A stretch of DNA of 64,000 bases from the human T2T-CHM13v2.0 reference genome, Homo sapiens, in assembly GCF_009914755.1 (NCBI RefSeq), contig NC_060941.1; one strand, given 5' to 3'. Both the position numbers and the translations under genes were made by a program. Positions 1 to 14,205 of the stretch are shown here, one piece after another. How positions within the stretch are numbered: position 1 is the first letter of the stretch; every line of letters begins with the position of its first letter. The notes beneath the pieces are model-generated. The model ran no database searches. It was not told the origin of the DNA and saw nothing but the letters and a program-made list of their open reading frames with translations.

Positions 1-931
1 TTTTTTTTCTAGCAGTAGTGTCACAGCACTAAGGTTGCTGGCAGTCGGTGCTGACAAGGTTGGGCATGGGAGGTGGAAGAACCACAAGACAGGTTAAATC
101 ATGAAACCTTTGTGGTATAAGAGAAGGAGCTAAACAGAGAAATTCCAACTCTTATTCTCTAGGTTTATGACATCATTAGTGAGTCCATTAAGTACTTTGT
201 TGATGTTGGGGTGTTCTATTCCCCCTGAAATCCAGAACTTTTCCAGTTTTGGTCAATGCTTGAGCCATCAGGCCAAGTGCTATTTTCAGCTCCGGCAGCT
301 CCCTTGTTTTGTGAGTTCAGCCCAGACAGGAAACCACCCAGTCTGGGAAGGTTCAGTTAGATCCCAAAAGAGCACACACACTCAGGTGCAAGATCTTCAA
401 GGCAGCAAAGGATGTTACAGTTAATCACACCCTGCCTAAGAAGTGAACATGCAGTCATTGTTTTTCCAAGAGATGAATGCTACTTAGTGTGTGTGTGTGT
501 GTATGCATGCAAATATTCCGGGTAGATCTAAAAGGTGTTTTATAAATCCTGCTGCTCTGCTCCATGTAGACCATGTAGATTTCCCATGGATTTCCATAGA
601 GAATCGGTGAAAAGCTTAGAAATAGTTTTACTCTAGAAAGCCTTTTTCCCCCCCCCACTGGAAGTGGCTCTGATTAAAATTTTTATGTGTAGGGGAAGAA
701 TGTCCAGCAGATTTTGTAAATGGACAAACTCTCTGCCACATACAGAACTGTGGTCTAGGATTTGGAAAACTTTTTTAAGGTGTTCTTGACTTACAAGGAA
801 GGAAGCTTATCTGAGGCTCCAATTAAATTAGTCCATCTGGCATTGCTGGTCCTACCAATGCCAACAGTGGCGTCAGAGATTAAGGAAGAGAGGAAGAGGG
901 TACTAGGAGACATCAGATCATCCAAAAGTAC

Positions 932-1027
932 ATGTGATATTTGGGACATAATTATACTAAAAAATTACTCATTGTTTATCTGAAACTCAAATTTAACAGA
1001 GTTTCCTGTATTTTCTCTGGCAACTCC
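932..1027. mobile_element. MER53 (hAT MITE), half copy
   Basis: gggacataattatactaaaaaatt...tttatctgaaactcaaatttaac...cctgtattttctctggcaac matches the recalled MER53 arm. Confidence 0.7.
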
Positions 1028-1058
1028 ATCATTGATACTCATCACTCACCTTTGTGAC

Positions 1059-1882
1059 TGAGGACTAAGCTCTGTTTTTGTTTTGTTGTTTTGTTTTGTT
1101 TTGTTTTGTTTTGCTTTGCTTTGTTTTTGATCTTGCCCAAATTCCTATCTAAGGGGTCCAGGGAGTCAGGCCCTATAAACCATAAATTCTCACTAGATGG
1201 GTTTTACTAAACCCTATATATTGTGTCCTACTTTCCAATCTGACTCTGGCATAACATTATGAGACAAGGAAGAAAATCAAAATATTTTCCCCCCAAACAT
1301 GTTTCTTTGCCATATCCTGAAATGGCCCTGAAAAGCTGTCCTTGGTAGGGGAAAATGTGTATCCATAAATAATCTGTGTTAACTTAGTTAGATCTTTTTC
1401 TTCCGGGCCTTCCCAATCCTGAAGAGATTAAGTAAGAGCCTAGCAACTTTTTGAAGGTCTGAATAGGAAACATTTGTCATCTATTGTCTCCAAGGGCTGC
1501 CACTATAAGACTTCAAAAGGACCTTGGTCTCCACAGTCTTTTATTTTAACCTGAACATTTCCTTTCTATTGATCCCAGGTCTTTAGACAAACTCAACCAA
1601 TTGTCAATCAGAAAATGTTTGAATTTACCTATAGCCTGGAAGCTCCCTGCCCCCAACCTTTGAATTGTTCCATCTTTCTGAACCAAATCAATGTGTTTCT
1701 TAAGTGTATTTGACTGATGTTCATGCCTCCCTACAATGTATAAAACCAAGCTGTACTCCAACCATCTTAGGCACATGTTCTCAGGACCTCCTGAGGGCTG
1801 TGTTATGGGCCATGGTCACTCATATTTGGCTCAGAATAAATCTCTTCAGATATTTTACAGAGTTTGACTCTTTTCATTGACA
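1059..1882 (+). mobile_element. MER4-group (MER4D/E-like) ERV1 solo LTR
   Basis: TG..CA ends (tgaggactaagctctg ... ttttcattgaca), AATAAA near 1835, 4-bp flanks tgac/ggac, internal (GTTTT)n. Confidence 0.85.
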
Positions 1883-1886
1883 GGAC

Positions 1887-2071
1887 AATCCTCCTGCCTC
1901 AGCTTCCTGAGGAGCTGGGACTTCAGGCATGCACCCCATGTCCAGCTATTTTTTGTATTTTTTGTAGAGATGGGATTCTTGTCGTGTTGCCCAGGCTGGT
2001 CTCGAACTCCTGGGCTCAAGCAACCCTCCCACCTCAGCCTCCCAAAGTGTTGGGATTAAAGGTGCCTGGCC
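1887..2071 (-). mobile_element. AluJ fragment
   Basis: antisense Alu motifs gcccaggctggtctcgaactcctgggctcaagc, cctcccaaagtgttgggatta. Confidence 0.9.
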
Positions 2072-2389
2072 TGTTTGATCTTTATTTGCCCCAAGGGCCT
2101 AGAGTTCAAAACAAAATAGATCATCTACTAATGCTCATTGGATGAGTAGATGGATGGATTATTAATATAACTCAAATCTTTAATTCTTCTAAGTTCCATA
2201 TTTCACATTAAGTGTCCAATTTTAAGTTCATTGGGGAAATAAAATCAATGAGACCATTCAGTTACATGAATTAAGATCAGACTATTTGATATGGGAGTTA
2301 GTTTCTGCATTTGGCAGGTTGATACCAAATTGGGGTGAAGTGCTCTCTTGGAAGGTGAAACGAAGAAGTTCTATTCAATCCTGAGTAGC

Positions 2390-2590
2390 TAACACCTATT
2401 GACGCCTCATTATAGGCTACTATATCTTTGTATTAACATTTAATTCTCACAAAACCCTAAAAGGTAGGAGACTAACTCTCTTTCACAGATGAGAAAAGTA
2501 AGACACAGAGAAGTTAAGTAATTTACTCAACATTACACAGCTGTTAAGTAGTATTGGAATTTGAAGCCAGGCAGTCTGGCTTCAAAGCTA
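2390..2590 (-). mobile_element. MIR
   Basis: cacagatgagaaaagtaagacacagagaagttaagtaatttactcaac core. Confidence 0.8.
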
Positions 2591-4788
2591 GTATCATAGT
2601 ATCATAACTATACAGCTACGCAGCATCTCAAATAGAAAGATACTAGGTATTTAACTATGCTGGCTCCATAGCTTTAGCTTCAGGAAGTAAGTGAATTTTT
2701 CTGGAATATCTATGTCTGGCCTTCTTTCTCTACTAGCCAATACTATTCATGAATAGAGCTGTCAGAGTCATCTCCTTCTGCAACCCTCTCTCTCCCTCTC
2801 CCCCATATAACCCTCAGCCAACATTGCAAATGGCTTTCCGAAATAGTGACAACATACAAGAGAAACTCCCAATGGAACTTATGCCCCAATTTCAAGAGTT
2901 GAAGTAAATCCTCCTTCCCTCCAACCTCTGCCCCAGAAAAGAGAACAGGGTAGAAAAGTAGAAACAATTCATGCAGTCTAAGAAGACATATTTTGTGAAA
3001 CTTGGTGCTTGTTGAGTGGAGAGGATGGGACTGAAGATATCTCACAGACTGTAGACTCAAGTCCAATAGGTAAACAGAGACCCGGAAAGCTGGACATAAT
3101 TTATGTTATTAAAAGATGACTCAGGTGATCTCAAGTGACTCATACCATTCATGTTTTGAGGAGAAAATGATTTTGGAAAATTTCTTAAAGTCATTTCACA
3201 TAGAGAACTATAAAAATATTAGGTGTCACGCTATTTTATCTGCATTTGATGGAGATGTAATGTGCTTTATTATTCAATTTAAAACTAATATTTTAGGTGA
3301 TGACAGGTTGAGAAGACTGGATTCACAGAACTGGAACTGGAAATTATCAACTGGGAAAATCTAATGCAGCTTGACTGATGGCTGGAAGGAACAGTAAGCT
3401 TGAATTAGCATTTTGGAAAGCCAATTCATCAGCTGTCATAAGCCAATGTTAAGGGGAAAAATAAAGTGTTAAAACATGAGATCTTTCACTTAGAAAGAAG
3501 GAAAAAATGCTACAAAAGGCCAATGGCTTCATATTAAGAGACATTTCCAAAGAAGGGTGTCCAAAGTATATCCTAAGATTTGTTTTTTTCCAGAACTACT
3601 TCTAAAGAAAACTAAATAATTATTCACTTGTAATGATTTGGGTAAAATTCTCACTGGACAAATAGGGATAACCAGAATGATGCTTTATTTCCTAAGATTA
3701 TTTGAATTTCATGTCAGAGGGCTTTCAGTTCAACGTACAGTGACCTGTATTCATTTCTATTCCATCATCTACCCATATCTTGCCACAACAGCCCACTGGA
3801 TTTTGGTGTTCCAGGGCTTAAAAACACAGCTGAGGGATCTGCTACTTCAGAAACATTGAAAATCACTGGCACTGTCTTGGGATATCAATGTCCTATGTTC
3901 CATGTTCCTCAACAAAACAACCAGATGCCTCAAATCCACAATACTTTCAACATTCTGAGTATAGTGAGGAAGAAGAGAAATGCCTGCTCTATTTAACCAA
4001 CACCACCCAGGCCATAGGGTCTTCTCACGGTCAAGCTCAGTAGATACAAGCAAACCCAATACAGGATGCAGTAGGGTACATGATCCAGGTGTGTAATTGC
4101 CCAGGTCTGTTGATCCATTTCATCTCATCAGGATGCAAAACCTCATTTTCTCAAAGCAAAACTCTCAGCTTCACTCCTGGGTGGAGGTGAGGGGGAGCAT
4201 ATAGATCAAACACAAATAATGAGAATGCAGAACTTCCTGCACCCACCTTTCATGGAAGGGAAACTCTTGAGTAACCTTATCAAAGTGGATATGACCAAGG
4301 GGTACCATTCTTTATGCTTTGGATCTGATGCAGTCTCAAGTCAAATTGATTCCCTTATTAAGAAACATCAAGAAAATTTCACACAGAAAACACTGATGGT
4401 ACAGGGAGATAAAGGATGGAATAGGAAAAAGAAAAGAAAAAAACAGAGCAAAGCGGGTAGAGAGGTTTCCTGAAGCCTTGCTCAGATTGAGACTCTGAAT
4501 CTCTGCCAGACCATGTGAGGCTTGCTGTTGTTTTTCAAGTCTCTGTTTCATTAAGACCAGGAGTTGGGCAAAGTTCCCTCTTGATCATGAGGCCAATCTG
4601 CTTCTCTGTTATTGCTACCATTGAGAAGGAAAGAAAAAAACATATTTGGCATTATAGCTTAGACAAATCTACATTTCATTGTGGAAGATTTGTGTTCATT
4701 CAACTTTACTCAGTTCCGATCTGTTCCAGCCAAATCACTTTTTTTATCCTTCTTCCTCATTATAGTAGGGAACAAAAGGAAAAGACAG

Positions 4789-4854
4789 GAGATAGAGATG
4801 GAAATAGAGATAGAGATAGAGATAGAGATAGAGATAGAGATAGATAGAGATAGA
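4789..4854. repeat. (GATAGA)n microsatellite
   Basis: direct inspection. Confidence 0.95.
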
Positions 4855-6195
4855 GGGGGAAAGACAGGGGAGAAATAGAATATAGGCTCCTTACGGCCCA
4901 GTGAATTCTGCCCAGCCCCCTTTGAAGTGGTACATTTCCTATATGTGTTCAAAGATTTGGAATTTGGGTTAAACTGTTTCTTGATCACCAGTTGTTTCAA
5001 ATATGGAAAGAAAATAAGGAGTCATTATGGCTTGGTTGTTTTTTAAAGAAATAAAAAATCTTTTATAAGGCTGAATACAACACAAGTAGGACTATCTTGG
5101 TTTCTACCCTCAAAATAAACCCTTGTTTCTAATATGACAAAAGAACTTCGTTTTAGAGCGATTATATCCATTACACTATTCCATGTCTTGATCTTTTAAA
5201 GGAATGTTAACAGAATGTCTCAGGCTTGACCAGTTGTAGACAATAATTATGCCTAGCGGTTCCTTAAGATCCTGTGACCAAATGATTCATGGCAAGCCCC
5301 GTTTAGCATTTATCAGTGTATTTGCTAGTGGCACAAAACAGTCCCTATTTCAAGAGAACTCTTCGATGTGAAGCTGTAGACCACAGAAGATGAAAGACAG
5401 AAAACCTGGAAAATAAAAACCTCATCTTCGAAACTGGCATTAGCCGACTGTAATATTTAAAAACAACAACAAAATCTAAATAAATAAAGTAGGGCTACAA
5501 GACTTCAGTTGAAACCAGAACCAGTTGTCCAAGTGCCTTATCAGGAATGATCCGAGCCCCGAGATGGAGGTGAAGTGAATGAAGTAAGCGAGCTAGAAAA
5601 TCAGATCCTCAGAACAGGCAAATCTACCCTTCTCAGGTTCTTATGCATTTGGAAAAGGTCTACTGCATTTGGGATTATTTGACTTTAAAAAAAAAGAAAA
5701 ACTGGTGACTACTGACTTCATTTTCCTTAAAAGTATAGATAGATATGTATACACATATAGCTGTACAAATACACATTCCAAATAAATTAGAAAATGATAT
5801 GATTAGTTTAGCATGGTGGTTGCAGTCACTTGCACGAAAAAAAAAAAAAGGAAGAAAGATCTAACTGCCTGTTTCTGGCTATTTAAGGAATTTAAAGGAC
5901 TCCACACAGGTTTATCCTAGTAATGCATTCTGAGTTTGGAAACTTAATATCCGCCATCCTGATCAAAAATGACCAAAATTGATGTGACCAAGTCTCTGAA
6001 TTGTAGAATATTTCAGAGCATGTTTTGAATATTACCTAGTATTTGTCCTACACAGCCAGAAAAGGCCAACTCAGGAGGCAGGGGTTGGGAAAGGGAATAA
6101 AAAAGAAGAAGAAAGAGTAGGGAGTGCAGGAGGAGAAGTGGGGAAGAGGAGTGGGGAGAGGTAGAAAAGAGGAAAAGAAATAAATAAAAATTACT

Positions 6196-6492
<297 letters not shown>

Positions 6493-7109
6493 TTACATTA
6501 TGATACAAGAAAGAGGTGATTTATTTCCACCAATCATCGCCAAGAACCTGATATTTTCACCAACCACAGTGCAACGTGCATGATTTAGATCCAGCACCTT
6601 TAAGCCGCTTACCTAATGAATGATTCATACCTCAGATCAAACCCAAGCTACAAGTAGCACATTGAATTAACTTGAGAGGGATAAAAGAACCCACTGTAAG
6701 CTCTCTTCCACTCATTTCAAAATGAACTCCAAATCTCTTTGGTTTTCTTAGGAGACTTTCAAAAACTGACCTGTCAGTAGCACACTGAGACTTACTGCAT
6801 GACCAGAGGATATAAATGTTAGGCATGGTACATTTTTTTTCCTCAATGCATTTGACTGTATAATTGTTATAACAGTTTTTTCTTCATCCATATTTACCTT
6901 AGCAGACAAATTACAAGACAGGAATTCTGAAAAAATTGGCACTTACTTGATATCAATAAGTCAGTGGGAGAAGTGTGAAGTCTTATCTTGATCAGAACAT
7001 TCTCATTGACTGCTTAAGTAAACCACATCACCAGATGACTACACCAACCCCACCTAACCCAACACTGCTGTATGCTGAAATAAAACACAAGCCAGAATAA
7101 GTGTCTGAA

Positions 7110-7330
7110 CCACATACTTCCTGGGTGCCTACTGTTCTAAGCACTATGCTGGCTGCTGGGCGAATAAAAGCTGGTAAACAAGAGAGGCATGATCATTGGT
7201 TTTACAGATTTTTCATCTAGAGAGTGAGAAAGTCATTCAGGAAATAGTCATCCAAATGTGTCAAGTACTGTGAAGGGCAAGTGCTGGGTATCGTGACATC
7301 ATAAAGTGGAAGGACCTAATTTAGGTAAGG
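7110..7330 (-). mobile_element. L2 3' fragment
   Basis: ctgggtgcctactgttctaagcactatgctgg resembles the antisense L2 terminus. Confidence 0.6.
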
Positions 7331-8794
7331 TAGAAAGGGGAAAGATATCAGCAAAGGTCTGAACTTGTTACAAAAACCTTATTTTCCATTGCACACTCAA
7401 AATCTCACAAAAGTGACATAAAAGACAATCTGAGTGAGCAAAGGAGTGAGGGTTGATTGATTCATTGGAGTTTTAATTTTTATCTTGTTTGAAAGTACCT
7501 TTTTTTTTTTTTCTCCAGGTAAATGGGATACAGGATTCCACTGAGAAAACAGAATCAACAAGAGAGAGTAGACAGAGGCTTTCTGAACTGGAAGTCAACA
7601 TGAGGCAGCTACCATAAAGCCATGGAGTAACTATCAGTGAGTTTCTGCCATCAGGTGGGAAGAATTCTCTTTGCTTATGTCATGGTGAAGGGATATCAGG
7701 TGACTGAAGCAGAAATTCACCCAGAAGCCCTGAAGCTGGAGGCACATGCTTTCAGTCTTTATTGCAATTCTCAGGAGCCCACATCCTGTTTTCTCCCAGG
7801 CTCTGAACTCATCTGCATAGTCAGAATGTTCCTTCCAGCTCTGGGTCTCTGTGCTGGGTTGGGAACTATTTTAATAGCCCCTTGATGCCTCATAGGTTTA
7901 CTATGAATGGCATTGTGCAAGAGGGGCCCAGCTCCTGGTGTCTGTTAAATTATACTACTATTTTGCACCTTGAATTTCCATACACAGAGCAAAATGTAAA
8001 GCCCTCAGTCCTTCTTACCTATAGAAGAACCAAGACTAGGACTCAGGCTTCCTGATTCCTTGCCGGAATCCTTGCTAAAGCGTTTATTTTTGTATCTGTG
8101 GGTAGCAAGGGGAAAAAGGTACCTTATCTTTTCCAGATTTGAGGTTTGTAAAATATTATGTGCCCTTGTCTAAATTGCAGTGTCACTTTCTACAGTATAT
8201 TTGTATTATTAAAAATTGATCAAGTTAAATGACTGGTAAAATACGTGGTATAGCACCAAACAATTGCCGAGTGAGCTTAAATGCATTTCCAGTACCTGCT
8301 GTCACAAAATCTCCTGTGAGCATCAGGAAAATGCTAAGGTTTTATTTACCATAGTAAGAGTCATCTTAAACATATGCAAAATGCATTTAGCCTAATATAG
8401 GCTATAAGTGGATAACTGTTTAAACTAAATGTTTCATTTAACTGCCCTTATTAAGTGCTCTAAGAACACAGGATATAGAATCACAAATTGCAGACTTGGA
8501 AACGGTCATCCAGTCCAACCCCTTATCAGGTGTTTAAATGTCTCTAGTGATAGAGGTCTCACTACCTCCTAAACAGCCCATTAGGCAGCTTTGAATTTTA
8601 AAAGCTGCAATCCAGAAGAGCAATAAGAAAGAAAAAAAAAAGTCTCCAACTCGACTTCAATGTACAGAATAGACAAGTTACCAAGAATACAAAATGGCAT
8701 TTTACCAGGATTGTTAAATGAAGAAATCATCTGTTAAATAAATAAAACATTGCCTTAAATGGGAGCAGAGATGATGTAGAGCTAATACACCAAG

Positions 8795-9155
8795 ACGTTA
8801 GTTTAACAAATGTTTATTGAATATTTATTATATACCTAGCATGGCTGTAGGCATTAGGGATAAAATAATGAATAAAATGGACTATGTTCTGGTAGCTTGT
8901 AATAGAATAGGTTGTGTAAGGATGGTTTGTACAAGTAATGATAGTAAGCAGTTTTTGTGCTACATGCCAAGTTTCAAGTTTTGTTCTAAGCATTTTATGT
9001 ATGTTTATGTATTTGAACTTCATGACGATCCTACTGAAAGGTACTCTTATTACCCTGTTGTACTCCTCTATATGAGAAGACTGGAGTTTTCCCCAAAGTC
9101 CTGAAACTAGCACATGAAGAGACCGTGTTGTTCATCCAGGCATCTTAGCTTCAAG
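8795..9155 (-). mobile_element. L2 end plus MIR
   Basis: tttaacaaatgtttattgaatattta (L2 end); MIR core 8940-9150. Confidence 0.6.
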
Positions 9156-9205
9156 CTTCATCTCTTAGTCATAGTGCTTGGCTGTCTTTTAGAAAAGGAG
9201 GGGAG

Positions 9206-9506
9206 GGCCAGGCGGGGTGGCTCACGCCTGTAATCACAGCACTTTGGGAGGCCGAGGCAGGCAAATCACCTGAGGTCAGCAGTTCGAGACCAGCCTGGCC
9301 AACATGGTGAAACCCTGTCTCTACTAAAAGTACAAAAGTTAGCTGGGCCTGGTGGCACGTGCCTGTAATCCCAGCTACTCGGGAGGCTGGGGCAGGAGAA
9401 TTGCTTGAACCTGGGAGGCGGAGGTTGCAGTAAGCCCAGATTGGGCCACTGCACTCCAGTTCCAGCCTGGTGGATAGAGTGAGACACTGTCTCAAAAAAA
9501 TTAAAA
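9206..9506 (+). mobile_element. AluSx
   Basis: full dimer, tcacctgaggtcag diagnostic. Confidence 0.95.
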
Positions 9507-9703
9507 AGGAAAGGAGAGAGAGAGAGAAAGAAAAACAAAGAAAGAAGGAAAGAAAGAGAGAGAGAGGAAGGAAGGAGAAGGGGAAGGGGAAGAGGGAAAG
9601 GAGGGAGGGAGGAAGGAAGGAAAGAAAAGAAAAGAAAAGTAAAGAAAAGAAAAGAATAGAAAAGAGAAAAGAAAATAAAAGGAAAAGAAAAGAAAAGAGA
9701 GAG
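9507..9703. repeat. polypurine GA-rich tract (Alu tail expansion)
   Basis: about 200 bp of nearly pure A/G. Confidence 0.9.
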
Positions 9704-9704
9704 A

Positions 9705-10158
<454 letters not shown>

Positions 10159-10462
10159 CTACTGAGGCTGTGGGGTGGAGGCTTCCTGGAGGAAATAACC
10201 ATGATGTATGACCTGATAGTCAAATAAGAGAAATAAATGAAGTTTGCTGCAGGTGGAGGCAGTAGAGGGGAGTTCTTCTGCCAAAGCAATAACAGGTACC
10301 CAGGCTCAGGGGAGTAGGAGAGCCCGACATGTATAAGAACAGAAGGGCACAGGGTGCCCAGATCGCTGAAGGGCAGGAGGGCCAGGATTAAGTACAAGCT
10401 AGATGGTGACTCAGTGGGGATGAGTTCACTTTTTGTTGCTTGGATCATTCCTTCATTTATGA

Positions 10463-10762
<300 letters not shown>

Positions 10763-10919
10763 AATTTATTTATTTAACAATGATTTATTTACTAAGATGT
10801 GCTAGTCACCCCCACAAGAGCTCCATCTCCAGTGCCCCTGCCCATAAGGTGTCCCTTGTTCTGGATGATATGAGGAGATGAAGGACCAATAAATACACAA
10901 ACAAGCAGTATAGCTTTGA

Positions 10920-11230
10920 AGATGGAAGACAGTATTGTAAATGTGTCTTTTCTTTCTAAGTTAATCTACAGTTAATCAAGGTGGTTAATGTTTGCCCAAT
11001 CAAAACACCAAAAGTATGCTTTGAAACTTAAAAGAATGATTCTAAAGTTTATCTGGTGGGCAGGGGAGATGTGCAAGAAGAACCAACAATTTTCTCGAAA
11101 ACAGATATAAACAATTTGGGGACAGAACTACCAGGTAATACAATGTATCACTGGGCCATAGTAACTTTAAAAAGAGGTACCAATGCAAGAACAGACAACT
11201 GGCCATCACATTGCAGCCAGCCTGAACTTA
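10920..11230 (+). mobile_element. old L1M ORF2-region fragment
   Basis: aagttaatctac...cccaatcaaaacacc...tgattctaaagtttatctgg resembles L1 ORF2. Confidence 0.6.
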
Positions 11231-12559
11231 AAATTGACATTAAAAAATCGTTTAAAAATCATCAATGATTGGTGAAAACAGAATATCACGTTAATTTTCA
11301 TTTCTTTCATTTCCATTAACATTGGATGTCTTCCATGTTTGTTGGCCATTTGTTTTTTTGTGTGTGAATTGTCTGTTCAATTCCCTTTGCCTATATTTCT
11401 GTTACTTGGGGTTTATTTATAGATTTGAGATTTTTATGTGACAAGAACATTAAGGTTTGGTAGCATTTCTCTGTTGGAAATGAACCCATGCATTCATTTT
11501 AATTTGTTGACACACCAGTACTTACAACTATCTCTAGCCTTGATGTGCACACATATGTACTTGTGCACACACAATTGCTTGCCTAATCATTGTTCTTTCT
11601 CCACAATGATAACAAAGATGAGGCAACTGAGTAAGACAAACATTATCATGGCACAGTTTTTGGGATCCAACTTGAGCCAAGGAGTGAAATATCAACAATG
11701 TAGCTTCCTTTTATAAGAAACCTCCGGATACCTGAAAAAGACATAAAGACTTGGACACTTGAAGAATGTGTGTCAATTTTAAGAATTTTTTCTAAGCACT
11801 TATCATTCACCCTCTTTCTACTATCTATCCTTGACTATTAAAAAGTGCACATATGCTTTATTTCTTTCTAAAGATTATTTCTGTACAGATTCCATGATAT
11901 TTTAGAGGAGACAAGTAATTAAATGGGTAGCCTGACTCTCCACTTGTCTAATATCTGAGTAAATAAACAAAGAAGTCTCCCAGCAATGCACTCACTCACA
12001 ACACTAAATCCACTGTCTATGATTCTCCCTCCCTCAGAGTTGATTGACTTCTATCCTCCAAGTTTCTTCTAGGGTTGGGTGCCCACTGGAATCCTGGATT
12101 ACAGCATGTGGTATATTTATCTACTGAAATATGAGCTGTGGGTACAATGAGCAATGCCTTGCCACAGACACCCCATCCATCTGCTGAAAATAATCAATCT
12201 CAGAAAATAAAAGTCCAGGGAAAAGTTAGATTTGGGTACATGCCGAGGATTAACAAGGGCGGAACGGCAGTTATTTTATTAACTTGGAATCAGTGCTTGC
12301 AAATGGATTTGGTTATTTACCATTGGTCTAAAAAACGCATCTGTCATATAAAGGCTGGAGTTTCAGTCTGCACAGCAGCCAGGCAGATTATACAGAGTCG
12401 CCTCTTGGATGGGAAATGATGTATTTGTCAGTGATGGTTGTTTATTCCTACTCCTGAAGTAACTCATGCTCCAGATTGATCACCTTGTTTAAAGGACCAT
12501 CACACCATCTCCACATGTTTCCCTTAAGCTTAACTGAATATAGTATTAATGACAAATAA

Positions 12560-12785
12560 TAATAATAGCTCATAACATTCATTGAGTGCCCGTGATATAC
12601 CAGAAAATTCAGTAGCAACAAAATTAAAATCTCATTTAGTTCTCCTAAGACCCCTTTGAAGTAGTTATTATTACATTTCATTTGTGGACTCACTTATAAG
12701 CCAAGGCTCAAAGAATATGTCACCAGTAAATTATGGAAATGAAGATTTGAACCCAAGCCTCCACGACTCTAAACCCAGCCACTCT
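12560..12785 (-). mobile_element. MIR
   Basis: aacattcattgagtgcc...gatttgaacccaagcct. Confidence 0.7.
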
Positions 12786-13195
12786 TAAGGGAGCACCACA
12801 CCATTAGAAAGTTAGGCAAGACTGGGTATTTGTCCCAGTACAATCTCCCTTACTGGAAAAATAAGAAATACCCTCCAGTTTTAATTATGCCGATCTCAGA
12901 TTGACAGGATATTAGCTAACCAGGGTGAAGAGAAATATTTCTAATAACATCATCTCTCCTGGAGAGTTGGGGAGGTAGAGGATTAAAATCCTAAGTGACT
13001 CTCCATACATTGTGAAGCTTAGGAAGATAATGCACATGACCAAGCCCCACCATTCCTTTGGGCAAGGCTGTCTGCAGGCATTTTGCCTTTTTACCCTTGT
13101 TCATGGGAAGAGCTGCCTGAGCCACAACATACTCTCATCACTTCCCAAATTAGGTTTCCATACATTTATTCCTGAGGGAAAGAATCTGGTTCAGA

Positions 13196-13589
13196 TGTGA
13201 TGGTTAATACTGAGTGTCAACTCGATTGCATTGAAGGATGTAAAGTATTGATCCTGGATGTGTCTGTGAGGGTGTTGCCAAAGGAGATTAACATTTGAGT
13301 CAGTGGGCTGGGAGAGGCAGACCCACCCTTACTCTGGGTGGGTACTATCTGATCAGCTGCCAGCATGGCTAGAATATAAAAAGCAGGCAGAAAAATGTGA
13401 AAAAGAAGAGACTGGCCTGGCCTCCCAGCCCACCTCTTTCTCCCATGCTGGATGCTTCCTGTCCTCGAACATCGACCTCCAAGTTCCTCAGTTTTGGAAC
13501 TCAGACTGGCTCTCCTTACTCCTCAGTTTGCAAACAGCCTATTGTGGGACCCTGTGACCATGTGAATTAATACTTAATAAACTCCCCTT

Positions 13590-13629
<40 letters not shown>

Positions 13630-13903
13630 TATATAAACTCCAATCACTTTTTATACATGTGACTCCAATCACTGATCACTATAATTTATATCTATATTGC
13701 TATAGATATATACACACATATGTATGTATATATATGTATAATATATATACACACATATGTATGTATATATATGTATAATATATATACACACATATGTATG
13801 TATATATATGTATAATATATATACACACATATGTATGTATATATATGTATAATATATATATACATATCATATGACTTCTCTCCCTCTAGAGAACCCTAAT
13901 ACA
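13196..13903 (+). mobile_element. MLT2A (ERVL) solo LTR with expanded internal AT-rich tract
   Basis: tgtgatggttaatactgagtgtcaac start; ctagagaaccctaataca end. Confidence 0.92.
13704..13851. repeat. 37-bp AT-rich minisatellite x4 inside MLT2A
   Basis: unit atatatatacacacatatgtatgtatatatatgtata. Confidence 0.9.
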
Positions 13904-14009
13904 AGGTGGAAAAGTATACGTAAAAGAAAAATAAGAACTGGAAGCAAAAAATGAGGAGAAGCAGTGTTGCAGTGGGCTCTCTAAATTTCATCTTGGATAA
14001 TAACATAAA

Positions 14010-14205
14010 CTCTGAGTCAGCTTGACTTGGCTGTGAATCCAGACTCTAACTTGGAAAACTGACTTTTCTCTTCATCTATAGAAATTAGGGAGAACAGAAC
14101 CTGTTGAATGGGGTTGTCATCTGGATTTAATGAGATAAAGCAAGTGAAAGCTTGGAACATCAAAAGGATTCAATGTAGGACAGTTATTGTTATTTTTATT
14201 AGTAT
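14010..14205 (+). mobile_element. MIR
   Basis: gtgaatccagactct...ttcatctatagaa...ggatttaatgagata. Confidence 0.6.

Noticed and set aside
1-430. Possible old LTR/ERV fragment at the window start
   Set aside because: Could not match it to any family with confidence.
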